IMG/VR virus record: IMGVR_UViG_3300040816_000489
Coordinates: 1-28,354 of that record
Source of the DNA: a virus
Lineage: Duplodnaviria; Caudoviricetes
Length of the DNA stretch: 28,354 nucleotides
Strand: one strand, 5' to 3'
Shown: piece by piece, positions 16,543 through 25,346 of the stretch
Layout of the letters: each line of letters opens with the position of its first letter
How positions within the stretch are numbered: position 1 is the first letter of the stretch
Position numbers and translations under genes: made by a program
The notes under the pieces: model-generated
What the model was told of the DNA's origin: nothing
The model's input: the letters and a program-made list of their open reading frames with translations, nothing else
Databases searched by the model: none

Positions 16543-19227
16543 ATGAGTTATGTAGACGCCTTCCACGATAAAACTAAGGACATTATTACAGTTGTCGAGC
16601 GTGTTGACGGCAAAAGAATCTACACAGAATTACAACCTGAATACAACTTTTTTTATAAAGATCCTAGAGGTAAGCATAAGAGTATATATGGGGAATCAGT
16701 ATCTGAAGTTAGGTGTAAATCAGAAAAAGATTTTAGAAAAAATGTTGGCATTAATAAACACAACGGATTGTATGAAAGTGATGTTAGGCCAATCAATAAA
16801 ACACTAGCAAAGCATTTCAACGGAGCAGAACCTCCCAAACTGCATACAGCATTTTTTGATATTGAGGTAGACTTTGATCCACAACGTGGATATAGTTCAC
16901 CTAACGATCCCTTTACACCAATTACTGCAATAGGTGTTTATTTAGATTGGATGGATGCAATGATATGTTTAGCAGTTCCTCCTAAGACTTTAACTTGGGA
17001 ACAAGCACAAGAAATTGCAACAGAACTTCCAGAAGTTATCTTATATAGGACTGAAGCAGAGATGTTAGAAACATTTCTAGATCTTATAGAAGATGCAGAT
17101 GTACTAAGTGGTTGGAATTCAGAAGGTTACGATATTCCTTACACAATGAATCGTATAATTAGAACGTTAGGTAAAGCACAGACTAGACGTATGTGCCTTA
17201 TGAACAAGTTGCCTAAAGAAAGAAAGTTTGAGCAGTATGGTAACGAAAATGTTAGTTATGACCTAGTAGGTCGTGTACATTTAGACTATTTACAACTGTA
17301 TAGAAAGTATAACTATGAAGAGCGACACAGTTACAGACTAGACTATATCGGTGAAATGGAAATAGGTGAGAAGAAGGTAGCCTATGAAGGTTCGTTGGAT
17401 AGACTTTACAATCACGACTTTCTCAAGTTTTTAGAGTATAATATTCAAGACACAATTTTATTACATAAGTTAGATCAAAAACTACAGTTCATTGACTTGG
17501 CTAACACTATTGCACATGACAATACTGTATTACTTCCTGTAACAATGGGTGCTGTGGCAACTACAGAACAAGCAATTATTAATGAAGCACATAGACGCAA
17601 TATGGTTGTACCAGATAGAAAACGTGTACCTGAAGAAGATACTACAGCGGCAGGTGCCTATGTGGCTTTTCCTAAAAAAGGATTCCATGAGTGGATAGGC
17701 AGTATGGACTTAAACAGTCTATACCCTAGTGTGTTCAGAGCATTGAACATGGGTGCAGAAACGATTGTAGGACAACTTAGACAAGATTATACAGAACAAG
17801 AAATAAATGAAAAGATTTCATTAGAAAAGAAATCATTTGCAGATGCTTGGTTAGGTAAGTTCGGTAGCAATGAATATGAAATGACTATGGCCAAAGATGT
17901 TAATCATACAATGCATTTAGACATGGAAGATGGTACTACACATGAAGTAACAGGTGCTGACGTATATAACTTAGTATTCAATAGCGGCCAACCATGGAAC
18001 ATTAGTGCTAATGGTACAATATTTACAACTGATGTGCAAGGCATTGTGCCTGGTTTGTTAGAGCGTTGGTATGCAGAAAGGCAAGAACTACAGGCCAAAA
18101 AGAAAGAGGCAACTACTGATGCCGAGAAGGCATTTTGGGATAAGAGGCAATTGGTTAAAAAGATTAACTTGAACAGTTTGTATGGTGCGATATTGAATCC
18201 AGGCTGTAGGTTCTTTGATAAACGTATTGGTCAGAGTACTACACTTACAGGCAGAATGATTACAAAACATATGGGTGCAGAAACAAATAAAATGCTCACT
18301 GGTAAATATGATCATACCGGAGATACAATTATTTACGGTGATACTGACTCTGTATACTTTACTGCCACTAGTGCCTTGCCAGAAGGCGAAGAATTAAATT
18401 TAGAAAGTGCTACTAAGTTATATGATCATATTTCAGATACTGTTAGTGATACATTCCCTCAATGGTTAAAAGACACATTTAATGTTCCGTTAGTAGCAGG
18501 ACAAGTTATGAAAGCAGGTAGAGAGGTAGTTGGTAGATCAGGTCTTTTTATTACAAAGAAAAGATATGCAATTAATGTATTGGACTTAGAAGGTTGGCGT
18601 CCAGAAGGTGGCAAACTAAAGATCATGGGGTTAGATATCAAAAGATCAGATACTCCAGAGTTTGTGCAAGATTGGTTAGAAGAATTACTACTTATGTCGC
18701 TTAATGCAGAAGGTGAAGACAAAGTTATTGCAAGAATAAAAGAACTCAAAGCAGAGTTTAAAAGTTTAGACCCGTGGCTCAAAGGTATGCCTAAAAGATG
18801 TAACAACTTAACTATGTACACACAGAAGTTGTTAGAACAAGCATCAGTACCAGAAAACTATAGACTGCATAAGTTAGAAGCAGTAAAAAATGAAGGCAAA
18901 AGTAATATGATTCCAGGCCATGTTAGAGCAAGTATTAATTGGAACAATCTTAAAAAAGCAAACAGCGACAACTATAGTATGCCAGTTACTGATGGTGCTA
19001 AAGTTATTGTGTGTAGACTTAAGAATAATCCAATGGGGTATACGAGTGTAGCATATCCTACAGATGAACTTAAACTGCCACAGTGGTTTAAAGATTTGCC
19101 GTTTGATGAAGATGGTATGGAAGAAGCAGTATTAGATAAAAAATTACATAATGTGTTAGGCGCAATGAACTTTGATTTAGATAGAATGAATGAAAGTGAA
19201 ACTTTACAAGCATTTTTTGATTTCTAA
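16543..19227 (+). CDS. family B DNA polymerase with 3'-5' exonuclease (T4 gp43-like)
   Basis: Exo I FFDIEVD, Exo II WNSEGYDIPY, Exo III YNIQD, motif A DLNSLYPS, motif B KINLNSLYG, motif C YGDTDS, KKRY. C-terminal LQAFFDF clamp-binding-like tail. Confidence 0.97.
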   Translation: MSYVDAFHDKTKDIITVVERVDGKRIYTELQPEYNFFYKDPRGKHKSIYGESVSEVRCKSEKDFRKNVGINKHNGLYESDVRPINKTLAKHFNGAEPPKLHTAFFDIEVDFDPQRGYSSPNDPFTPITAIGVYLDWMDAMICLAVPPKTLTWEQAQEIATELPEVILYRTEAEMLETFLDLIEDADVLSGWNSEGYDIPYTMNRIIRTLGKAQTRRMCLMNKLPKERKFEQYGNENVSYDLVGRVHLDYLQLYRKYNYEERHSYRLDYIGEMEIGEKKVAYEGSLDRLYNHDFLKFLEYNIQDTILLHKLDQKLQFIDLANTIAHDNTVLLPVTMGAVATTEQAIINEAHRRNMVVPDRKRVPEEDTTAAGAYVAFPKKGFHEWIGSMDLNSLYPSVFRALNMGAETIVGQLRQDYTEQEINEKISLEKKSFADAWLGKFGSNEYEMTMAKDVNHTMHLDMEDGTTHEVTGADVYNLVFNSGQPWNISANGTIFTTDVQGIVPGLLERWYAERQELQAKKKEATTDAEKAFWDKRQLVKKINLNSLYGAILNPGCRFFDKRIGQSTTLTGRMITKHMGAETNKMLTGKYDHTGDTIIYGDTDSVYFTATSALPEGEELNLESATKLYDHISDTVSDTFPQWLKDTFNVPLVAGQVMKAGREVVGRSGLFITKKRYAINVLDLEGWRPEGGKLKIMGLDIKRSDTPEFVQDWLEELLLMSLNAEGEDKVIARIKELKAEFKSLDPWLKGMPKRCNNLTMYTQKLLEQASVPENYRLHKLEAVKNEGKSNMIPGHVRASINWNNLKKANSDNYSMPVTDGAKVIVCRLKNNPMGYTSVAYPTDELKLPQWFKDLPFDEDGMEEAVLDKKLHNVLGAMNFDLDRMNESETLQAFFDF

Positions 19228-19258
19228 AAAGAAATCGAAAAAAATGGCAATAAAAACC

Positions 19259-19286
19259 TTGACAAATCTAAATAAACATGTATAAT
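19259..19286 (+). promoter_or_regulatory. sigma70-type promoter
   Basis: TTGACA-16 bp-TATAAT upstream of an SD (GGAG) and the ATG at 19313. Confidence 0.75.
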
Positions 19287-19312
19287 AAGTTATATTCTTG
19301 GAGAAAAACAAT

Positions 19313-20059
19313 ATGGCAATTAAAGATATTTTAAAAGATGTATTAAAACATACACATGGCTTAGGCATCTTTGACATGGTAAAGATTACAGGAACATTAG
19401 ATAAAACAGAAGTAGAAACTGTTGATGCTGAAAAAACTGTTATCTTTAAAGGCGAAACACATACTGCGGTCCCAGACTTTGTAGATTCTACAATAGGACT
19501 TAGTAGATTAGGTATTTTACAAGGTGACTTAAACTATCCTGGCTTCGATGAAGAAGGTGCTACAATTAAAGTTGTAAGGCAAGATCGTAATGGAGTTGAT
19601 ACTCCTGTTGAAGTAGAATTTATAAGTCCAGAAGGTAATGACGCACATTATAGATTTATGCTAGAAGATGTTATTAACCAGCAACTTAAAAGTATTAAAT
19701 TCAAAGGTGCTGATTTTGATATTAATATTATACCTAGTGAAAAGAATCTAAAAGACTTACAGTACTTTAACAATGTATTAGGTGCCTTTGAACAATACTT
19801 TAGTCCAAAGACAGATGGTACTAGTTTATGGTTCCATATTGGTGATGGCGTAAGTGACAGAACAAAAATTTTAATTAATAGTGATATTGATGGTAGTGTT
19901 ACTAAAGATTGGAGATGGCCTTTAGATATTGTACTTAAAATTTTAAATTTAAGTAAAACAAGTAATGTTGTTATGAGCATAAACGATCAAGGTTTATTAC
20001 AAATTATTGTAGACAGTGGTTTAGCAAAATATACATATCTATTACCTGCAAAGAGTTAA
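19313..20059 (+). CDS. probable DNA polymerase sliding clamp (gp45/PCNA fold)
   Basis: About 248 aa directly after the polymerase. Two-domain alpha/beta pattern ending in the PCNA-like strand pair GLLQIIVDSGLAKYTYLLPAK. Start reassigned to the SD-preceded ATG at 19313. Confidence 0.6.
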   Translation: MAIKDILKDVLKHTHGLGIFDMVKITGTLDKTEVETVDAEKTVIFKGETHTAVPDFVDSTIGLSRLGILQGDLNYPGFDEEGATIKVVRQDRNGVDTPVEVEFISPEGNDAHYRFMLEDVINQQLKSIKFKGADFDINIIPSEKNLKDLQYFNNVLGAFEQYFSPKTDGTSLWFHIGDGVSDRTKILINSDIDGSVTKDWRWPLDIVLKILNLSKTSNVVMSINDQGLLQIIVDSGLAKYTYLLPAKS

Positions 20060-20062
20060 ATT

Positions 20063-21649
20063 ATGAGTGATTTAGGCAAGACACAAAGCGACTATGCAGT
20101 CTACTTACCTGCTATTAGTAGTTTTTATACAAAACAATTACAGAAGTTTTTAGATAACCCAGATGAGTATAGAACTATTGAAGGGTTTGAAAAAGGTCTT
20201 GCAGGTTTAGATTTTCTTAAAGATGATAGTTATTTTCACTATCCATATGGTTTATATTCGGCTGGTCATGCCATGTTAGACACTACTAAAAGTGATAAAG
20301 ATGAAGCCATGATTCAAGGCAGAGATCGTAATAAAACTATGATACTAGGCGATTCAGGTGGATTCCAGATTGCTACTGGTGTACTTAAAATGGATTGGAG
20401 TAATGCCAAAGATCTTAATGATCCTGCAAGATTGGCATTGTGTGAGAAAATTCTTAAATGGGAAGAACATACAGCCGATTGGGCAATGACACTAGATATT
20501 CCAGGCTTTGCGGCGGCACCACCATATAGCGAAAAAACAGGACTTACTGATTTCCAAGATACAGTAGATATATCAGTTCTCAACTTAGATTATTTTTTAA
20601 AGAATAGAAATCCAGAGAAGTGTAAATTTTTAAATGTGTTATCAGGTTCTGATGAATATACGTCAGATGTTTGGTATGATGCAGTTAAACATTTCAGTGA
20701 TCCGGCATTTGTTAAAGACGTATACGGAGATGAATCGAAAGCACTAGAAGGTTATGCATTTGCAGGTATAAACATGCGTAATATGAGATGTGTGCTAAAG
20801 CGAATTCTAAAACTCCGCGAAGATGGTTTACTTAAAGACAAAGGCTGGATTCACTTTCTTGGTACTGGCAGACTGCAATGGGCATGTCACTTAACCAGTA
20901 TTCAAAGAATGTTGCGTAAACATGATTCACCTAACATCACACTATCGTTTGATGCGGCATCACCGTTTGTTAATACAGCATATGGACAAACTTATGCATA
21001 CAACATATTTGAGAATAAAGGCAAAAGATTTGGTTACTTTATGGATAGAGCATTTGATAATCAAAAATTTAAAGGTTCTAAACTTCCTGCACCTTTTGGT
21101 CATTCACCTGTTATGAATAGACTTACTATCGGTGACTTATGTTGTATGGCGGAAGGTGACTTAGATAGAAATGGTAAAGCAAAAGAAAAAACTTCTACAA
21201 GTTGGGATACACTAAGTTATATTTTATATATGGGGCATAGTGTGTTTAATCATATATCAGCAGTACAAGAAGCAAACAGACTAGTTGATATTGAAAAACA
21301 TAGAATAAATTGGTCTTACAAAGACTTTATAAATGATAAGAAAAGTAAAGCAACAAATGACATATCTCCTTATGTACCTGCAGACGTAATTGCGTTTGAC
21401 AGTTTTGTACAAGAAGTATTAGATCCTGCTTGTCCTAATCCACATGAACTGATTGATCAGTATGATAAACTTATACAGCAAATTAACTTTGGTATATATA
21501 AAGTTCAAAGTGAAGATCCTGATGCACCAGTAAATGCTTTCTTTGAAGAAGAAGATACTGGATCAAGTGAAATATTTGAAGATCAAGAAAGAGACTTTCA
21601 TGATATAATGATGGACCCTGCAATGATGGAGCAATTCTTTGAAGAATAG
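20063..21649 (+). CDS. dpdA: tRNA-guanine transglycosylase-fold protein, DpdA-like (7-deazaguanine insertion into DNA)
   Basis: TGT catalytic motif ILGDSGGFQ (Asp at 20351), MTLDIP, WIHFLG, SFDAAS. Clustered with folE, queE and a queD-like gene. Confidence 0.8.
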   Translation: MSDLGKTQSDYAVYLPAISSFYTKQLQKFLDNPDEYRTIEGFEKGLAGLDFLKDDSYFHYPYGLYSAGHAMLDTTKSDKDEAMIQGRDRNKTMILGDSGGFQIATGVLKMDWSNAKDLNDPARLALCEKILKWEEHTADWAMTLDIPGFAAAPPYSEKTGLTDFQDTVDISVLNLDYFLKNRNPEKCKFLNVLSGSDEYTSDVWYDAVKHFSDPAFVKDVYGDESKALEGYAFAGINMRNMRCVLKRILKLREDGLLKDKGWIHFLGTGRLQWACHLTSIQRMLRKHDSPNITLSFDAASPFVNTAYGQTYAYNIFENKGKRFGYFMDRAFDNQKFKGSKLPAPFGHSPVMNRLTIGDLCCMAEGDLDRNGKAKEKTSTSWDTLSYILYMGHSVFNHISAVQEANRLVDIEKHRINWSYKDFINDKKSKATNDISPYVPADVIAFDSFVQEVLDPACPNPHELIDQYDKLIQQINFGIYKVQSEDPDAPVNAFFEEEDTGSSEIFEDQERDFHDIMMDPAMMEQFFEE

Positions 21650-22151
21650 AGAAGGTCACACTGATGACACAAAATTTTTTATTGGCACTGAAGTGGAGCA
21701 TAGTCCTGCTTACGGTCAAAGAACTTTATTTGTTATTGGTGTGCAAAATCCTAAAGAGATATTAGCACGAGCATTAAACAATGGATGCCCACATATCTAT
21801 TTAGGTGCCAATCAGAGTTTCAAACCAGACAGTGAAGAAGAATGGAAAGAATGGACATTTGTTATTAACACTTTGTTAGACGCAGACATTTGGGTTACTC
21901 TTGATTACGATATTAACCTGCATGAAGAAGTATTACTTAATAATTGGTGTAAGAGAAGTACGTTTATTCCAATGATAAGTGTTAAGTTGCCATTTATAAA
22001 AGAACTTAATTATAATGCAACTTTAAAAATAGATGATATAGGTTTTAACGAATCTAATCCAGGTGTGTGGACTCATAGTGTACATGAACTTATGGATAGA
22101 AAACAATTTACAGACTGGACCAAATACACCAAGGATGAAATAATAAAATGA
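21639..22151 (+). CDS. hypothetical protein coupled to dpdA
   Basis: 170 aa, TTG start with SD GGAG at 21628, overlaps the dpdA stop. Alpha/beta pattern (GTEVEHSP, HIYLGANQSF, LKIDD). Confidence 0.75.
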   Translation: MKNREGHTDDTKFFIGTEVEHSPAYGQRTLFVIGVQNPKEILARALNNGCPHIYLGANQSFKPDSEEEWKEWTFVINTLLDADIWVTLDYDINLHEEVLLNNWCKRSTFIPMISVKLPFIKELNYNATLKIDDIGFNESNPGVWTHSVHELMDRKQFTDWTKYTKDEIIK

Positions 22152-22324
22152 AAATACAGTTGACAAGTACCGATAATGATGGTATAATAACTACAGTAGA
22201 TTTGGATTGTGACTTTAGCGATTATGATGATATACAAGAGTTTTTTGAAATTATTGTAAAATTTTGCGTTAAAAATGGTGCAGAATTTCCAGAAGAGATA
22301 TTAGAATATCTTTATGACGACTAA
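22148..22324 (+). CDS. 58-aa acidic hypothetical protein
   Basis: MKIQLTSTDNDGIITTVDLDCDFSDYDDIQEFFEIIVKFCVKNGAEFPEEILEYLYDD*. ATGA overlap with the upstream stop and fills the gap exactly. Not in the ORF track. Confidence 0.6.
   Translation: MKIQLTSTDNDGIITTVDLDCDFSDYDDIQEFFEIIVKFCVKNGAEFPEEILEYLYDD
22160..22188 (+). promoter_or_regulatory. perfect-consensus sigma70 promoter
   Basis: TTGACA-17 bp-TGgTATAAT, located inside the small ORF at 22148. Confidence 0.75.
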
Positions 22325-22547
22325 GTTTTGGACACATGAATGTGGCAATAGTGGCACAACACAAACATTACATGGTGAACCGTGTAATTGGTGCAATATT
22401 ACTGAGGAAGATATGAAAGATAAAGCATTAATAGAAAGACATGATATACTTACAAATCCTTTAGATGAAGAAAAAGAAGGAAGTTGGTATGAAGGTGGCA
22501 ATCCATATAAAGATGATAATACATTTGATCCGGAGGTAGATGATTAA
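22314..22547 (+). CDS. small protein with a possible zinc-binding N-terminus and acidic tail
   Basis: HEC...CNWC. The stop overlaps the next start (TAATG). Confidence 0.6.
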   Translation: MTTKFWTHECGNSGTTQTLHGEPCNWCNITEEDMKDKALIERHDILTNPLDEEKEGSWYEGGNPYKDDNTFDPEVDD

Positions 22548-22984
22548 TGAGAAGTATATGGGTAACATTTAGTAAAGAGGGTATACATTACTACCCTGGT
22601 GCAGACACAAACCCTGCAACCGCAACAGGTGATGAATATGATGTATCCTTTTTAGGATACAAGCACAGACACATATTTCACTTTAAAGTTTGGATTGAAG
22701 TGTTCCACGATGACAGGGACATAGAATTTATACAGTTTAAGAGATGGCTTGAAAGTTTGTATAACGAAGAAGTTATACAACTTAACAACAAGTCTTGTGA
22801 AATGATAGCAGACAATTTAGCGGAACAGATACAAGATAGGTATCCAGGACGTTATGTAAAGATTTCAGTAGCCGAAGATAACGAAAACGGCTGTGAAATG
22901 GAGTATCCAGTTGAAGAATTGGATGGTCCAAACTTCGATGTCGAAGAAAGCGACATCGTAGATGTTTTTAATAGTTTAAAATAA
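22547..22984 (+). CDS. QueD/PTPS-like tunnel-fold protein with LxxxHRHxF (DpdL-like paralogue)
   Basis: EGIH...LGYKHRHIF...DIEF...LNNKSCEMIA...VAEDNENG follows the QueD layout but lacks the canonical CxxxHGH. SD GGAGG. Confidence 0.75.
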   Translation: MRSIWVTFSKEGIHYYPGADTNPATATGDEYDVSFLGYKHRHIFHFKVWIEVFHDDRDIEFIQFKRWLESLYNEEVIQLNNKSCEMIADNLAEQIQDRYPGRYVKISVAEDNENGCEMEYPVEELDGPNFDVEESDIVDVFNSLK

Positions 22985-22995
22985 AGGAGAAAATT

Positions 22996-23175
22996 ATGAC
23001 AGAGACACATTTACAACTAAAGGCTTTAATAGAAGAATATACTATGGAGCATGAAAAATTTGAAGTTAATGGCGTCAAAGCCTCAGCCGCAAGAGCAAGA
23101 AAGGCTCTTATGGAAATTTCAAAACTTTGTAAAACAAGAAGAGGCGAGATTCAAGATAAAAAGAACTCAATGTAA
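22996..23175 (+). CDS. histone H1-like Hc1-family small protein (59 aa)
   Basis: MTETHLQLKALIEEYTMEHEKFEVNGVKASAARARKALMEISKLCKTRRGEIQDKKNSM*. GxKAxAxRARKxL signature, strong SD AAGGAG. Not in the ORF track. Confidence 0.75.
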   Translation: MTETHLQLKALIEEYTMEHEKFEVNGVKASAARARKALMEISKLCKTRRGEIQDKKNSM

Positions 23176-23312
23176 TGGCCGAAAAAGAAAAAACACCTAA
23201 AAAGATCTCAAAAGACGAGGCTGATAAACTTCAGGATTATGCACAAGGTCTCGATGATGAGATTTCGCATACTGTTGATTATGGTGGCTTAGAGGACGAT
23301 ATCGAAGAATGA
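23175..23312 (+). CDS. 45-aa hypothetical protein
   Basis: MAEKEKTPKKISKDEADKLQDYAQGLDDEISHTVDYGGLEDDIEE*. TAATG and ATGA overlaps at both ends. Confidence 0.6.
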   Translation: MAEKEKTPKKISKDEADKLQDYAQGLDDEISHTVDYGGLEDDIEE

Positions 23313-24364
23313 CTGTATTTTTAGTAGAACTAGAACCTGTAGAAACACGTTATACTGCTCAATGGAAAGAACATTTGTCTGATCAAATGATTTTTGCTGG
23401 CTTAGAAGTAGAAGTGATTACAGGTCCTAGTGATGCTCCACAAGATACTACACCAGGTGCTTTTTTAAATTTCAGTGGAACTAACTACTGGAAAAGTGAA
23501 CAACTTAAAACAATAAGTAATATGTTCGCTGAAGGCAAAATACAAGACGGCGATTATTTTCTTTATACTGATGCTTGGAATCCTACTGTAATACAATTAA
23601 AGTACATGGCAGAATTACTAGGCGTTGATATAAAAATAGGTGGTATGTGGCATGCCGGCAGTTATGATCCAGCAGACTTTTTAGGAAGACTTATTGGAGA
23701 TGCTCCGTGGGTCAGACTTGCAGAAGAAAGTATGTTTAATGTATTTGATCATAACTTTTTTGCAACACAATTCCATATAGATATGTTCCTTGAAGCATTT
23801 CCTAATGTAGATCAAAGTAAGATTTATAAAGTAGGATGGCCTATGGAATATATGAATCATTTATTAGCAGATTTTAGAATTTCTGCTAATAAGATGGATT
23901 TAGTACTATTTCCACATAGAATTGCTCCTGAAAAGCAAGTTGAAATCTTTAAAGACTTAGCAAAAGAAATAACTGAAGCAGAGTTTGTTATTTGTCAAGA
24001 TAGACAATTAACTAAAGAAGAATATCATATGCTACTTTCAAGAGCAAAAATTGTGTTTAGTGCTAACACTCAAGAAACACTAGGTATTAGTTGTTTTGAA
24101 GGTGCTATTGTAGGTGCCTATCCTATGGTACCTGATAGGCTCAGTTATACAGAAATGTATGCTGATAAATTTAAATATCCAAGTGAATGGACTGAAGATT
24201 GGTCTAGTTACTTGGCTAACAAAGATAAACTGGTTGCACATATCAGATCAATTCTAAATTTAAATTTAGAAGAAGATATTGAAAATTTAACAAACAGTTT
24301 ATCATCTGGCTTCTTTAGTGGTAAGGCACTATATGATGTCATACGAGGAAAACAAGATGAATAA
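23309..24364 (+). CDS. GT-B (GT4-like) glycosyltransferase, resembling the GTDC1/QTMAN (DUF3524) family
   Basis: C-terminal nucleotide-sugar domain LFPHRIAPEK...FSANTQETLGISCFEGAIVGAYPMVPDRLSYTEM with an E-x7-E motif. Confidence 0.8.
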   Translation: MTVFLVELEPVETRYTAQWKEHLSDQMIFAGLEVEVITGPSDAPQDTTPGAFLNFSGTNYWKSEQLKTISNMFAEGKIQDGDYFLYTDAWNPTVIQLKYMAELLGVDIKIGGMWHAGSYDPADFLGRLIGDAPWVRLAEESMFNVFDHNFFATQFHIDMFLEAFPNVDQSKIYKVGWPMEYMNHLLADFRISANKMDLVLFPHRIAPEKQVEIFKDLAKEITEAEFVICQDRQLTKEEYHMLLSRAKIVFSANTQETLGISCFEGAIVGAYPMVPDRLSYTEMYADKFKYPSEWTEDWSSYLANKDKLVAHIRSILNLNLEEDIENLTNSLSSGFFSGKALYDVIRGKQDE

Positions 24365-25313
24365 AGAAACACAAAAAACAATTTTGGTTACTGGAGGAAG
24401 TGGATTTATAGGTAGTGTTACTTGTAAACTATTAGTCGACAGTGGGTATAATGTTATTAATGTTGATAGAATAAAACGTCAGCAAGAAGGAGTAACACAA
24501 TATCCATTTGATATACACAATCATCAAATAAAAGGAATTTTACAATTAGTTAAGCCAGATGCTATAATACATTTAGCCGCTGATCATAGTGTTCCTAAAA
24601 GTATTGTTGAACCGTCAAAGTATTACTTTAATAATGTTGCTAACACAATCGCATTATTAAACAATGCCGTAGAAGCAGGTGTTGAAAATTTTGTGTTTAG
24701 TAGTTCTAGTTCAGTGTATGGGGATTCGGAGTTTCTTGTAAATTCAGAAGATGATCCAACCTTTCCAAAAACACCATATGGTAAAACTAAATCTATTGTA
24801 GAAGGTATACTAAAGGACTATTCATCTGCATATGATTTTAATCATGTGAGTTTACGTTATTTTTGTGCCGCTGGTAGTTACAAAGGCTTAGGATATCAAT
24901 TAGAACCTAAGGAGCATATACTACCTATACTAGTAGAAACTGCTTTAAACGACGGGACATTTACTATAAACGGCGATGATTACGACACTATAGATGGTAC
25001 TAATGTTAGAGATTATACTCATGTATTTGATATTGCTACGGCTCATATTGCCGCATTGAATTATTTGTTTGATACAAAAAGCAGTAACGTATTTAATATA
25101 GGTGCTGGATCACCACAGAGTATTAAACAAGTTGTTAGTGAAGTAGAAAAACAACTTGACAAAACTATAAACGTAGAAATTGGGCCTAGAAGAGAAGGAG
25201 ATGCTGTTAAGACAGATGCTAATAATTCTAAGTCATTAGATATGTTAGGTTGGGAGCCTCAATTCGGTATTGTTGATATTGTAAGAGATGAGATAGAATA
25301 TCAAAAAAAATAA
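24357..25313 (+). CDS. galE: UDP-glucose 4-epimerase-like extended SDR
   Basis: TGGSGFIG, HLAA, FSSSSSVYG, YGKTK (YxxxK), LRYF, DGTNVRDYTHV, RREGD. Start reassigned to the ATG at 24357 after SD GAGG. Confidence 0.88.
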   Translation: MNKETQKTILVTGGSGFIGSVTCKLLVDSGYNVINVDRIKRQQEGVTQYPFDIHNHQIKGILQLVKPDAIIHLAADHSVPKSIVEPSKYYFNNVANTIALLNNAVEAGVENFVFSSSSSVYGDSEFLVNSEDDPTFPKTPYGKTKSIVEGILKDYSSAYDFNHVSLRYFCAAGSYKGLGYQLEPKEHILPILVETALNDGTFTINGDDYDTIDGTNVRDYTHVFDIATAHIAALNYLFDTKSSNVFNIGAGSPQSIKQVVSEVEKQLDKTINVEIGPRREGDAVKTDANNSKSLDMLGWEPQFGIVDIVRDEIEYQKK

Positions 25314-25341
25314 TTGACAATAACTAAAAATCTGTTATACT
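25314..25341 (+). promoter_or_regulatory. sigma70-type promoter, leaderless start
   Basis: TTGACA-16 bp-TATACT with an extended TG. ATG at 25347 lies 5 nt after the -10 box, no SD. Confidence 0.75.
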
Positions 25342-25346
25342 AAAGT

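Noticed and set aside
16543-19227. Intein or intron in the DNA polymerase
   Set aside because: Continuous 894-aa frame of normal gp43-like length with all motifs in order and no splicing or homing-endonuclease signatures.
20063-21649. Canonical tRNA-modifying Tgt (queuosine pathway for host tRNA)
   Set aside because: Lacks the CxCxxC...H zinc site of bacterial Tgt, is much longer and sits with replication genes. A DNA-directed DpdA-type role is more likely, though untested.
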